From the human T2T-CHM13v2.0 reference genome, Homo sapiens, in the NCBI RefSeq assembly GCF_009914755.1, contig NC_060933.1: DNA of 64,000 bases, one strand, 5' to 3'. The notes beneath the pieces are model-generated. The model was not told where the DNA came from. It saw nothing but the letters and a program-made list of their open reading frames with translations, and did not search any database. Below, piece by piece: positions 1 to 12,545 of the stretch. Each line of letters opens with the position of its first letter. Position 1 is the stretch's first letter. The position numbers and the translations under genes are program-made.

Positions 1-289
1 TTGTTGGGTCATACTATTACTACTTTTTACTGTTATTTAATATGAAAACAATTACTTGTATTTTAAGAAGACCAAACTTGGTAAGGTGAGATTGTTTCTC
101 CGTGGGTTCCAAAAATTTTTACCAATTGTTACGCTACTGATATCTTAATGAAAGTGTGTTTAATATACTTCACAATCATACCAAAACTCTACTTTTCAAC
201 ACTTTTTCCCCTTTGAACATATCTACAGGATACATTCATCATTTCATTTAGAAGAGGTGGTTCACCCTGTAGTGATTCTTCATCTATAG

Positions 290-406
290 AATGCGAAACA
301 TTCCCCCAGGTGATTCTGATGTATCCTTTTAGGAGAATGCTGCCCAATTCCATGTCTTGACAGGATGTGTGCTCTCCTGTCTTTTCCCTTAGTTGAGAAT
401 CACTGT
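290..406. mobile_element. MER5-like hAT-Charlie fragment
   Basis: ccccaggtgattctgatg ... agttgagaatcactg, typical MER5A/B end motifs. Confidence 0.55.
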
Positions 407-582
407 TTTAAAAATAATAAACTTGTGTGATGGTTTTTATTTTTTAAAGATATTTGTATATGCATTTACTAACTTGAACTTTTTAAGAACTCTCTAAAGG
501 AAATAGAAAAACAAACCTTTGTCTTTGTATTTCGTAGATGAGAGGCAATATTGTTTGGTGGGTAAGAGCATGGGCTTTGGAG

Positions 583-2385
583 GTATATCCATTAGGAATA
601 CTATCAGGTGTAAATAACAGAAGATCTGACTAGCACAATTTAAAAAATAGAGGAGTGCGCATATCTCTTTGACCTACTGATTTCATTTCCTTTGGATATA
701 TACCCAGTTGTGGGATTGCTGGATCACATGATAGTTCTAGTTTTAATTTTTTGAGGAACCTTCATACTGTTTTCCATGACTGTACTAATTTACATTCCTA
801 CAACCAGCGTGTGCAAAGATTCCTTTTTCTCCACGTCTTCACCAACACTTATCTTTTGTTTTTTGTTAACAGCCATTGTAACAGGAGTGAGGTGATATCT
901 CATTGTGGTTTTCATTTGCATTTCCCCGAAGATTAGTGATATTGAGCATTTTTTCATACACAAGTCCATTTGTATGTCTTCTTTTGAGAAATGTCTATTT
1001 AGGTCTTTTGCCCATTTTAAAAATCAGGTTATTTGTTTTCTTGCTATTGTTAGAGGTCCTTACTTATTTTGGATATTAATCCCTGTCACATGTATAGCTT
1101 GCAAATATTTTCTCCCATCCTGTAGGTTGTCTCTTCACTGTGTTGATTGTTTCCTTTGCTGTGCAGAGCTTTTTAGTTTGATTTAATCGCATTTGTCTGT
1201 TTTTGGTTGTATTGCATATAATTTTTAAGATCATATCCCAAAAAATCATTGCCAAGAACAATGGCATGGAGTTACCCCATGCTTTCTTCTAGTAGTTTCA
1301 GAGTTGTGATATCTGCGCTCCTATGTTTATCACAGCACTGTTCACAATAGCCAAGATATATAATCAGCCTAAGTGTCCATCAATGGATGGATGGATGAAG
1401 GAAATATAGTATATATACATAATAAATACTATTCAGTCGTAAAAAAGAACGAAATCTTGTCATTTACGACAACATGGATGAATCTGTAGGACATTATGTT
1501 AAATGAAATAAGCCAGGCATAGAAAGACAAACACTGCATCTCACTCATATGTAGAATCTAAACAAGTAACCTCATAGTAGAGAACAGATTGGTGGTTACC
1601 AGAGGATGGAGTGGATAGGGGAGAGAGAGCAATGGGGAGATGTTGGTCAGAGAATATATAATTACAGTTAGGTAGGAGAAATAAGTTCTAGATCTCTTGT
1701 ACAACATGGTGACTATAGTTAATAAAGACGTATTCTTGAAAAGTGCAAAGAGTGGATTTTAAGGGTTCCTACCATAAAAACGATACCTATGTGAGGTATT
1801 ACATTTGTTAATAGCTAGATCTAACAATTTAACAATGTATATATACTTGAAAATGTGTTGTACATGATAAATACATGCAATTTCATCTTTCAATTAAAAA
1901 ATAGAGAACTTTTTTTCTCGCATTACAGGAAGTCTAGAAGTAGGTGGTTATTGTTATTAGTTTAGTGGCTCAACTTTTCTGTAATTTCTCTACTACTCCC
2001 TCATTGTCATAAGATTGCAGCCCAGATCTAGGATTTGTAGTAACATTCCAGTGAGAAGGATGGGATAGCCCAACAACAGCTTATATATAATGTGTTACTC
2101 AGTTATATATATGCCTCCAAAGGCATGTATATAGATATATAGATATAGGTATATAGATAGATCTCTATACACACCTTAAAAGGCTTTTCCTTTTAAAAAC
2201 ATATATTTAATATTTATATATTTCAAAGAAGGGAAAATCTTCTAAAGAAGCTCCAAACAGATTTCTGCTTATGTTCCAATAGCTGGAAATGGGTCATGTG
2301 GCCACACATAGCTGAAATAAGTTAAGGGACAAGGGAGTTAGGAAGGAGTGGATATTGTGTTAACCAGTTAATAGTGTGTGCCATA
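583..2385. mobile_element. Old ERVL/MaLR-type solo LTR (MLT1J/K or LTR33-like), interrupted by the L1 at 653-1895
   Basis: gtaaataacagaa..., aggaagtctagaagtaggtgg, gctggaaatgggtcatgtggccacacatagctg; the sequence reads on across the L1 target-site duplication (TSD). Confidence 0.5.
653..1895 (+). mobile_element. L1MA-type LINE-1, 5'-truncated with 5' inversion (653-~1306 inverted, ~1307-1895 sense 3' end)
   Basis: ORF 1076-1267(-) carries ORF2 CTAKETINTVKRQPTGWEKIFA; the sense 3' UTR follows. TSD AAAAAATAGAG at 642-652 and 1896-1906, at a TT/AAAA site. Confidence 0.9.
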
Positions 2386-3104
2386 GAAGTCAAATAAGTT
2401 TGGATTCAGATTCTGGTTCTGTCAGTTGCTAACTATGTGGCTTGCATGTCAGGGCTTTCATCTGTAAAATGGGGTTAATGATATTGCTACCTAATACAGA
2501 TGTTGGGCAGTCTAGTGAGAAGTGTTAAAGTACTTAGGACCTTGCCTCACACTTAGTCAAAAAAAAAAAAAAAAGTCAGCTATTATTCTGATAACCATTA
2601 TCTTGATAGAAAGTCATTGGATTATACCACAGGAAAAGATTATTTACTAACCTAACACTTTCAACTACAAATTTCATCATTTTATCCTGCTTCCTACTAC
2701 AGCCTTGAGCATGTAACTCCTCTTCTTTGATCACCATTAGCATATTCCAGTGACTGAGCTCTCTGCTCCTTTCTGCAGCCTGTTTTCCTCTCCTTTCATT
2801 GATACATTCTTAAAAAGTAATCTATACTTGCTTCTATATACTCACTTTCCATTTATTCTTGAGCTTTGGTACCATCTGACTTTTGAGTCTGTCATTCTGC
2901 TGAGACTATTTTTCAAAAGTCACCAATAATTTTATGCTTGCTCTATCCATTAGTTCCTTTCCATCCCTTTCAATTTTTATGCAACATCAGGTCTTTAGCT
3001 ACTCCTTTCTTCTTTAAACACTCATCTCCTTTGTTTCACATGTCTACTTTTCCTTTGTTGACTCCCAGGCCTCTGCTTACTTGTGCTCGGCCTTCTTTGT
3101 ATTA

Positions 3105-3870
3105 TTAATTCTTTTCTTTATCTATTAATTCAAAATTTATTAAGCATCTGCTTTTTGGTGGGCACAGTTCTGTTCTTGGAGATATCATACGAACCAAAAC
3201 AGACAATCCTTGTTCTCATGAACTTAAAATCTAGAAGTGGAATTATTTTTCATATAATCACACTAAATAATGTGTAATTACTAACCAAGACAATGCACTG
3301 AAAGGAAAGAACTTGACCGATTATGAGTTTTTTAAACAATGGGGCTGTCCTAGACTAGGGTATGAGTAAAACATTTTCAGAGTCAGTGATGCTTGAGCTA
3401 GTGACTGAAGATTGGATAGGAATTATCCAATGATGCAAAAGAACAGTGATCTAGATCAGGAAAAGGGGAGTGGTGACTTCTACAAAGTTTCTGTGATGGA
3501 AAGAAGAAACTGAGAAAGACCAGTGTGGCTGGCGGAAGAAAGCAAAGGCGAGAGAGGTCTAATATAAGAATGGTCTGGAGAAAAGGGCAGAGGTCAGACT
3601 TTGTTCTTTTTCCTAAGAGCAAAGGAAAACTCACTGAAAAATTTTAAAGGAGGAATGAGCTCAGATTTGCATTTTAAAAAAGATCACTTTGGCTACAGTG
3701 TGAGGAACCAGCTAGACATGAAGAACAAGAGAAAATGGTGTGCCTGGGACAATTCCTAGTTTTTTGCTTTTGGAAATGGATCAATGGTCTCATTTACTGA
3801 TAAAGAAAACAGTGGAATGGGGGGAATATTGTGAATGTAGTTTTGAGTATGTTGAGTTTGAGTTTCCCTT
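3105..3870 (-). mobile_element. L2 LINE fragment
   Basis: Antisense L2 3' end (aaaatttattaagcatctgct...cagacaatccttgttctcatgaactta), then cagatttgcattttaaaaaagatcactttggctacagtgtg. Confidence 0.7.
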
Positions 3871-4069
3871 AATCTAATGTTTTGGAATGTTAATATCCAC
3901 TGACATAGATGGTTTGAGCATCAGGGACATATAGGTAGTACTTTGTACCATCATCTCTGAAAAGCACTGAATGTGTGCTCATTTCCTTTCCTTTGGAACT
4001 CACACGTCTCTGTGTTCCTTATTGCATAGACCATTTTCTACCTGTATTTAACAATATAGAAATAATCAT

Positions 4070-4325
4070 TAAGTGGACATTATTTGAGGTATGGAGACAG
4101 AGGTGAATAAGACATGCTCTGCCCTTGTGAGTTCCTCTTCTAGCTAGGGAAACAGAGACATAAGCAAATCACAAAAATAGGCATATAAAAAAATCTGTGG
4201 ATGCACAAATGAGAGAAGAGTACATTCTAACATTGTCAGAAGAAAGTGCTGAGAAGATAATGTATGTGTAGGAGTCTCTGAAGAATGTATAGCAATTTGA
4301 CACATTGTAAAGTGGGAAGAGCAAT
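4070..4325 (-). mobile_element. L2 fragment
   Basis: ggagacagaggtgaataagacatgctctgcccttgtgagttc...agagacataagcaaa. Confidence 0.55.
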
Positions 4326-4699
4326 CAAAATATATATTTTATGTTGACTTGGGTCTTATGGATAGTACATATGTTTAATGAATGAAATTATCATTTTGTA
4401 TAATAGGAAATGTATTGTTATTTTAGTTCCATTCCCCCTCTTAATTAAAGCCACCCAACTCACCCAAACAGCCCGTACCCAGTGAGCCCAAGACTGCTTG
4501 CAATAGTCATTCCAAACCTTACCTTCATCGGTTCCCAATCCATTCTTGCACCATCCAATTCCAGCTTTTTACTTTATAATCTGATTTGATTCCACTTCTG
4601 ACCATTTTGTTTTTGATGCTCTTTCTTGATCTCTCTCATATTTATTTTGGCTACTCTCAAAACTATTAACCAGCTGCCATTTTCCCCTTCTCACAGAAG

Positions 4700-4882
4700 G
4701 CTTTAGAATCAGGCAGGCCTGGATGTACATTCTGACACTGTTACTCATTAGCCATTAAAACACTCTAATCATCAGTTTTGATATTTGTAATAAGTAGATG
4801 AAAATTCCCACATTGTAGTCTTGTTATGAGGATGAAACAAAGACACAGTGTCTGGCATATTAGTAGGTGATCAATAAATATT
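4700..4882 (+). mobile_element. MIR fragment
   Basis: ggctttagaatcaggcaggcctgg...ttgttatgaggatgaaa...cacagtgtctggcatattagtaggtgatcaataaat. Confidence 0.6.
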
Positions 4883-6224
4883 CTCTTATCTGTGTGTAAA
4901 AAGATTTTCTGATAGTTTTATGTATTTCCTATAGCTAAGCTATACTATAATTTTAAGAAATATGTTAACTATGAGGAAATCTTTTTATTTGTAGGCAAAA
5001 GAACTAAAACAACCCTTATATCAGTGCTTTTACCATATAATAAGTACTGTATTACCATTACTTGTTGTTGTTATGACTTATTTAATGAATCAAGGCAGCC
5101 AGTATGTACTCATTACTATCCTATCCAGCCATTTCACCAGATACAAAATAAATATTCATTATTTATCAAAAACATATGTCATGTCATTGTAATGCATATA
5201 AAGAGATTGATCATATTGTAGACATAATTATCTTTAAAAACTATCCCTCTTTAGGTAACATTTTCAGTTTTTTTAGCAACACACAATAATAATGCTGGAG
5301 TTCATGTAAGATTTCTCATCAGTTGTACACTTGCCAGTACTTTAACTTTTCCGGTATGTTGGTCTTTGGCCCATTAACTTAGGACTGCTCCAGAGCTTTT
5401 ATCTTGAGTTATAATAACTAGAAAGGGCTTTGAGTAAAGAGCTTTTGAGTCCCATACAGCCCAGTAGAGAACAGTACAGCAGTCAGAACCAATTACTTGT
5501 GGGTGTTTGGAGACCAGCACACCCACAGCTATGGAGAAACATGATACTTCAGTCTTGAAACATAGAATGCCAAACCCAAATACTTTGCTGTGAGTTATGA
5601 TGCTGCAAACTACGGTACTGATTTGCTTCATTTCCACTGTATGTTTAAGCAGTATGTTTTTAATTTTATAGGACTTTATTTATGAGTAAATAATAAATTA
5701 CAATGCAGAGGACCATTCCATTAGTGTCTTTGCGGGAGAAATATCTTTGCATCATTGTTCAGATTATGTCAGATTTGATACTTGTCAGGTGGTATTATAT
5801 TGTTAATAAAAGTGAATTGTTTAGATATTTTGGTTCAGTTAAGATGAAAAAAAGGGATCCTCTTTCTCTTAAGTTCCAAAATAGCATTTCACCACATTTA
5901 TTTTAGTTATACTTTACGGATAGCAGAGGGATCATTTGTTAATTTTAGTGTTGTGTAGCTAGAGAAACTGACACAGAATTAAGTGTTTTTCTCCAGGTAA
6001 GTTGCTTCCACAAACATTCATATACCTTATCTTAGTTGATTATTGATACTCATTATTGAGTTTTTAGCCCTTTAAGAATATTTTTTTGAAACAGCTGTTA
6101 GCCTTGACAATTTGTTGAGAGAGGCTATACAGTGCACTTCAATGGTATAAAGTACAGATTCTGGAGTTCAACTCCCTGGCTTTTAATTAGAAACCAATCA
6201 GATTACAAGCCAAGACCTCTGATT

Positions 6225-6590
6225 CCCTGTCAGGTGCTTTCCGATGAGACTGCAATGTGGAATAAGACAAATCTTTACCATCATGGCACTTCAGATATAG
6301 TGGAGAATACAACCATTGTACAAGTAATTAAAAGAGGGCTGTTAAAGTACAAGCGTAGGGTGCTTTCAGAGCATATAACTGAGGGACTTCACTTGGGCTG
6401 TGGTGAGGAAAGGCCTGCCTGGGGAATTGAAATCTCAGTTGAAAAAAATGAAGATTACGTCGGAGTTGACATGAGAAAGCATGGCAAGCTCAAGGGATTG
6501 AAAGATGTCTAGCATGGTTGAAGCAGAGTGGATTAGATGGAGAATTGTGAGAGATGACACTGGAGGAGAAGGGGCCAGCTGTGTGGCATA
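6225..6590 (-). mobile_element. L2 fragment
   Basis: gaataagacaaa..., gagcatataactgagggact, agagatgacactggag; degraded L2-like motifs. Confidence 0.5.
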
Positions 6591-6920
6591 TAAGCTGTGA
6601 TAAATTTCACTGTTTGTGAAACTCTCACTGTGATATCTCTGACAACTACATTACAAAATATTTACTCCTTTTGCTTTATTTTCCTTACCCAAATTTCATT
6701 TTTTTCCTATTCTCAAAATTCACCTGCATTTTATGTCATAACCCTTTGCTAAATACTTCTTAGTTAGATTTTCATTAAGTTCTCTCATATTTTTATTGTG
6801 ACTGCCAGCTCTGGCTTTTGGATACTAATAGAGCTGAATAAGGAAAACATAAAATATCAAAAACTGGACAGCTCAGTCAGCATGCAAAATATATTTTTTT
6901 TGATCCTTGGCATATATTTC

Positions 6921-7950
6921 CAAACTTTTAAAGGTTTCTCATATTCTAGAAACTCAAGAGTTGTTTGTATAGGAAACAGGGGCCTGGAGTTATTGGTGCA
7001 TATTCCAATGGCCTCATACCTTCTTTCTAGAATTTTGTTTTATGTAATGCAGTTTAAGAAGATGCACTTTCATCATGGTGACTAACCCAAATCCTGATAG
7101 TGACTTTTGGGACATGATATAAATTTTGTATTTATGTAAATATAAGTATACATTCATATAATATAAAACATATTAGATATATATTATTTTGCATATCAGT
7201 ATAAACATTAATATATATTTATATAGTTCTATTCCACAGTGATGAAGTTTTACAAGGATGGAGCAAGAAGTGCCAGAATTAAAATTTCAAAGTGATCAGT
7301 ATAATTGATTAGTAATTAAGTTGCAGAAAATATGGATAGTAACTGGCAACATAATGCTCTAATTATTCCTATTAGTTTTTCAAAGAATGGCAACAACTAA
7401 ATATGCTTCTGAGTGTCTCCCCTACTATTTTGTCTTTTTTACCAAATTGAGTTCTTTAAGGGTTTCAATTACCTATTAAACGTCTGCACTTTGATTTTCT
7501 GCAAAAGCCTGAAATTCACTGAGGTCCCAAACTGAACACTTTTTTCAACACTTCTGTGCCCTGTTTCTCCTAATTCTCCTTTGCCTGCATTGCTTGTCTC
7601 TGAAATAAGTGTCCACCTTGCAGCCCAAGGAAGAGTCCTTAACTTTTGTTCCACTTTCCCTCTACCACCAATATTTAATTTATTGCTAAGCCTTACTGTT
7701 TCTACCACCACAGATCTCTTAGACCCATCCTCTTATTTCTATCTGTGTGGTCACATGACCATTTCCCTGGGCTATTGCAATGGTCTTCCAATAAGTTTTC
7801 TCATATCTAGTCTTTTTTCTTCTATTCACCCTGCCTTATTAGTGCCAGAGTTATCCTTCCAAAACACAGATATGGTCAGGTCATAGCATTACTGAAAACA
7901 TTTTCAAACTTTTAAAGATTTCTCATATTCTAGAAACTCAAGAGTTGTTT
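6921..7950 (+). repeat. Dispersed 46-bp direct repeat (6921-6966 and 7905-7950)
   Basis: caaacttttaaag[g/a]tttctcatattctagaaactcaagagttgttt, 45/46 identical, offset 984 bp. Confidence 0.95.
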
Positions 7951-8240
7951 TTTCTCTACAGTTTCCCCATAATAAAGTATGAGTTTTTTACCATTGACAT
8001 TCTGGCATATTCTGACTCCTTCTGGTTTTTTTCACCATTGTTCAATTGGCAGAAGAAGTAAGAGTTCCTTTGTTCTGATCGTTTGTCACTGTATTTACAT
8101 GTGTGAGTTCTGTATAGTAGTCTGACTTACGTAACCAATTAGTTGTGTATGTATTAGCATATTGTGAGACTTTGAGGTGATGTCTTAGTCATATTTATAA
8201 TCCATTATAATGATCAGATTTTAATAAATGCTGCTTGATT
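7460..8240 (+). mobile_element. L2 fragment
   Basis: gtcccaaactgaacac, catttccctgggctattgcaatggtcttc, gccagagttatccttccaaaacacagatatggtcaggtca, aataaatgctgcttgatttgaattgaa. Confidence 0.65.
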
Positions 8241-8916
8241 TGAATTGAAATTAATGAGAAGGTCACTCATTTCATAATATTTGTTCAATCTATACTTGTT
8301 ATTGGACCTATACTTTGCATAAACCATGATTCCCTCCGAATTTTTCCCACACCAAATTTTCTTTAATTTCCATCAAACTGTTTTATATTATTCTGTATTA
8401 GCACTTAATGAAAATGAGTAGAATAATTTACATATTCTATATATGGTAAAATTTTAAGTAAATACTTTTAAATAATATACATTGGATGTTTCTTCTCACT
8501 ACTTTTCCTAAAAAAAAAAGACAACACAGAATTATTTGTGACAAAGAAGAACATTCTTTTCAACATACCACTTAAATGATTTTCTCAGATATTTTGGCAC
8601 CCCTACCTCTGTGTGTTTATGTAGAGGTGGACATACATAGACATAAAATTACCATCATAATACCTTTTACTTACATGGTATATACTCAGTAAGTGTTTGT
8701 TAGTGACGATATACTGAGTTAAAATGAACTCTACTTAGGCCTAGCAAAAAGTAAGACTTTATGTTATTTCAGAAATAGAGGTCTAATTTACATAAATCAG
8801 TAGAAAGTTTGTTTTCAAAAATGTGTTTCCTTGAAGTCTTCCCTCACACTATATACAGAAATTAACTAAAAATGAATCAAAGACCTATTTATAAGAGCTA
8901 AAACTATAAAATTCTT

Positions 8917-11845
8917 TTTTAAAAATTATGTTTTGAACTGACACATTATAATTGCACATATATCTGGGGTATAATTTGATGTTTTGATGCATATTTATGT
9001 TGTATAATGATCCAGTCAGGGTAGTTAGTGTATCCATAATCTCATGCATTTATCATTTATTTGTGGTGAGAACATTCAAAGCCTCTCTTCTAGCTATTTT
9101 CTAATATACAACATTTTACTGTTAACCATAGTCACATCCATGCAATAAACATTGGAGTGCAGCTATCTCTTTGACCTACTGATTCCATTTCCTTTGGATA
9201 TATACCCAGTAGTGGTATTTCTGGGTCATATTGTAGTTCTATTTTTAACATTTTGAGGAAACTCCATACCGTTTTCCATTAATAGCTGTACTACTTTACA
9301 ACCCTACCAACAGTGTGTAAATGTTCCCTTTTTCTCCACATCCTTACCAACATTTGTTTTCTTTTGCCTTTTTGGTAATAATGATTCTAACTGAAATGAG
9401 GTGATATCTCATTGTGGTTTTGATTTGCATTTCCCTGATGATTAGTGATGTTGAGCATTTTTTCATATGCCTGTTATCTACTTGTATGTCTTCTTTTGAG
9501 AACTGTCTATTCAGGTCTTTTGCCTATTTTTAAATTGGGGTCTTTCTTTCTTTCTTTCTTTCTTTTTTTTTTTTTTTTTTTTTTTGCTGTTGAGTTGTTT
9601 GAGTTCCTTATATATTCTGGATATTAACCCTTTGAGAGGTGTATAGTTTACCTATATTTTCTGCCATTCTGTAGGTTGTCTCTTTACTCTGTCCATCATT
9701 TCCTTTGCTGTGCAAAAGCTGTTTAGTTTGATGTAATCACATTTGTCCATTTTTGTTTTTGTTGCCTGTGTTTTTGAGGTCTTACTCAAAAAATTCTTCC
9801 CCAACCCAATATCATGAAGCATTTCTCCTATGTTTTCTTCTAGTGTTATCATAGCTTTGCATTTTACATTTAAGTCTATTACGTATTTTGAGTTGATTTT
9901 TGGATATGGTAAGAGGTAGGGGGTCTAATGCCATTCTTTTACATGTGGATATTTAGTTTTCCCAATACTATTTATTGAAGAGATTGTCCTCTCCCCAATG
10001 TGTGTGCTTAGCACCTTAGGTGTATGACTTTATTTCTGGGTTCTCTGTTCTGTTGCATTGGTTTATGTGTCTGTTTTTATGCCAGTACCATGCTGTTTTG
10101 CTTACTATAGCTTTGCAGTATATTTTGAAGTCAGGTAGTATGATGCCTGTGGCTTTGTTTCATTTGCTCAGGATTGTTTTGGCTATTCAGGGTTTTTGTG
10201 TGTGTATGTGGTTTCACATGAATTTTAGCACTTTTTTTTCCATTTCTGTGAAGAATGTCATTGGTCTTTTGATAGGGACTGCATTACATCTATAGATCAC
10301 TTTGGGCAGTATGGCCATTTTAACAATATTAATTCTTCCAATCCATGAACATGGGATATCTTTTCATTTATTTGTATCCTCTTCACTTTATTTTATTAAA
10401 ATGTTATAGTGTTCAGTATAGAGATTTTTCACATCTTTGGTTACGTTGCTTCATAGATATCTTACTTTTTTATAGCTATTGTAAACGGAATTGTTTTCTT
10501 TATTTCTTTTTCAGATAGTTGACTATTTGAATATTAAAATGCTGCTGATTTCTTATATTGATATTATATCCTGCAACTTTACTGAATTCATTTATTACTT
10601 GTAAAAGTTTTTTTGGTGCAGTTTTTGGGGTTTTCTATGTATAAGATTATGCTTTCTGCAAACAGAGACAACTTGACATCCTCCTTTCCAATTTAGATAC
10701 CTTTTGTTTCTTTCTCTTGCATAATTGCTCTGGCTAGGACTTCCAGTACTATGTTGAATAGAAGTGGCGAATGTGGATGTCCTTGTTTTCTTCCTGATTT
10801 TAGGGGAAAAACGTCTTCTCCCCATGCAATATGATGTTAGTTATGGGTTTCCCATAGGCCTTTATTGTTTTGAGGTACATACCTTCTATTCCTCACTTGT
10901 TGAGAGCTTTTATCATGATAGATTTTGAATTTTGTCATCCTTTTTCTGTGTCTATTGAAATGATCATATTTTGTCTTTATGTTAATGTGGTATATCACAG
11001 TTATGGATTTGTGTATATTAAACCATCCTTGCATCCCCATGATGAATTCCACTTGATCACAGTGAATAATCTGTTTAATGTGCTGTTGAGTTTGGTTTGA
11101 TAGTATCTTGTTGAGAAAGTTTGCCTCTATGTTCATCAGGGATATTGGCCTGTAGTTTTTTTTGTCTGTGTGTCCTTGTGCAATTTTGGAGTCAGGATAA
11201 TGCTGACCTCATAAACTGAATTTAAAAGTATTTTCTCCTTTTCAATTTGCTGGAATAGTTTGAGTAGAATTTTTATTTCTTCTTCTTTGAATGTTAGATA
11301 GATTTCAGCAGTAAAGCCATCAGGTCCTGAACTTTTCTTTGATGGAAGATGTTTAATTAAGATGTTCAATTTCCTCACTTGTTTTTGGTCTGTTCAGATT
11401 TTCTATTTCTTCGTAATTTAATCTTGGAAGGTTATGATCCTTTATATTTCTGTGGTATCAATTGTGATGTCTTCTTTTTAATCTCTGATATTATTTATTT
11501 TTTCTTTCTTTTTCTTAGTCTTGCTAAAGGTTTGTCAATTTTGTTTACTTTTCCAAAAAACGAATGCTTCAGTTTATTAATCTTTTAAATTATTTTTCTT
11601 AGTCTCTACTTTTAAAAATTATTTCCATCCTTCTACCAATTCTGGGCTTAGTTTGTTCTTATTTTTCTAGTTCCTGGAGGTGTATCATTAGGTTGTTTAT
11701 TAGAAATCTTTCTTCTTTTTTAATGTAGGTGCTATAAGCTTCCCTGCAAGAATGGCTTTTGCTGTGTCTCATAGATTTTGGTACGATATGTTTCCATTCT
11801 CATTTGTCTCAGAAAATTTAAAATGTCCCTCTTAATTTTCTTTAA
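8917..11845 (-). mobile_element. L1MA-type LINE-1, ~2.9 kb, 5'-truncated
   Basis: Minus-strand ORF2 remnants ([32 protein letters not shown]), L1MA 3' end at 8917-9135, internal deletion near 9140. Confidence 0.9.
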
Positions 11846-12254
11846 CCTTTACCTTGCACTATATACAAAAATTAAGTCAAAATGGATTAAAAACCTACAT
11901 AAGAGATCTAAAACTATAAAATGCTTAGTAAAATGCATACCAATAAATCTTCATGAGCTTGGATTTGGCAGTGGATTCTTATGGATTCTTAGATATGACA
12001 CCAAAAGGATAAGTGACAAAAGAAAAATAATAAATTGGGCTTCTTCAAAATTAAAAGCATGGAAAGACTCTATCAAGACAGTGAAAAGACAACCCATAGA
12101 ATGGGGGAAAATATTTATAATTATATATCTGATTAATCCCTGATATCCATACTATGCAAAGAACTCTTACAACTCAACAACAAAAAGACAATCTAATTTT
12201 TAAAAAATCACAGAGGACTTGAACAGCTAATTCTCCATAGAAGATATGCAAATG

Positions 12255-12495
12255 CTTTGGGAGGCTGAGGCAGGAGGATCACTTGAGGCCAGGGAGACCA
12301 CCCTGGGTACTATAGTGAGACCTCATCTCTACAAAAACTAAAAAAGATTAACTGGGCGTGTTGGCATGTGCTTGTATTCCTGACTACATGAGAGGCCAAG
12401 GTGAGAGGACTGCTTGAGCCCAGGAATTGAAGGCTGCAGTGAGCTATGATCATGCCACTGCACTCCAGCCTGGGCAACAGTGTGAGACCCTGTCT

Positions 12496-12527
<32 letters not shown>

Positions 12528-12545
12528 GAAAAGGAAAAAAGAAAA
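12255..12545 (+). mobile_element. AluJ (Jo-like), 5' end missing, A/GAAAA tail
   Basis: ggaggatcacttgaggcc, ggactgcttgagcccagga, gctgcagtgagctatgatcatgcc, gagaccctgtctc followed by an A-rich tail. Confidence 0.9.

Larger units (their letters stand above)
541..2600 (+). mobile_element. MIR SINE split by nested LTR and L1 (pieces ~541-582 and ~2386-2600)
   Basis: 5' piece ggtaagagcatgggctttggag; it resumes after 2385 with gtcaaataagtttggattcagattctggttctg...tcatctgtaaaatgggg. Confidence 0.6.
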
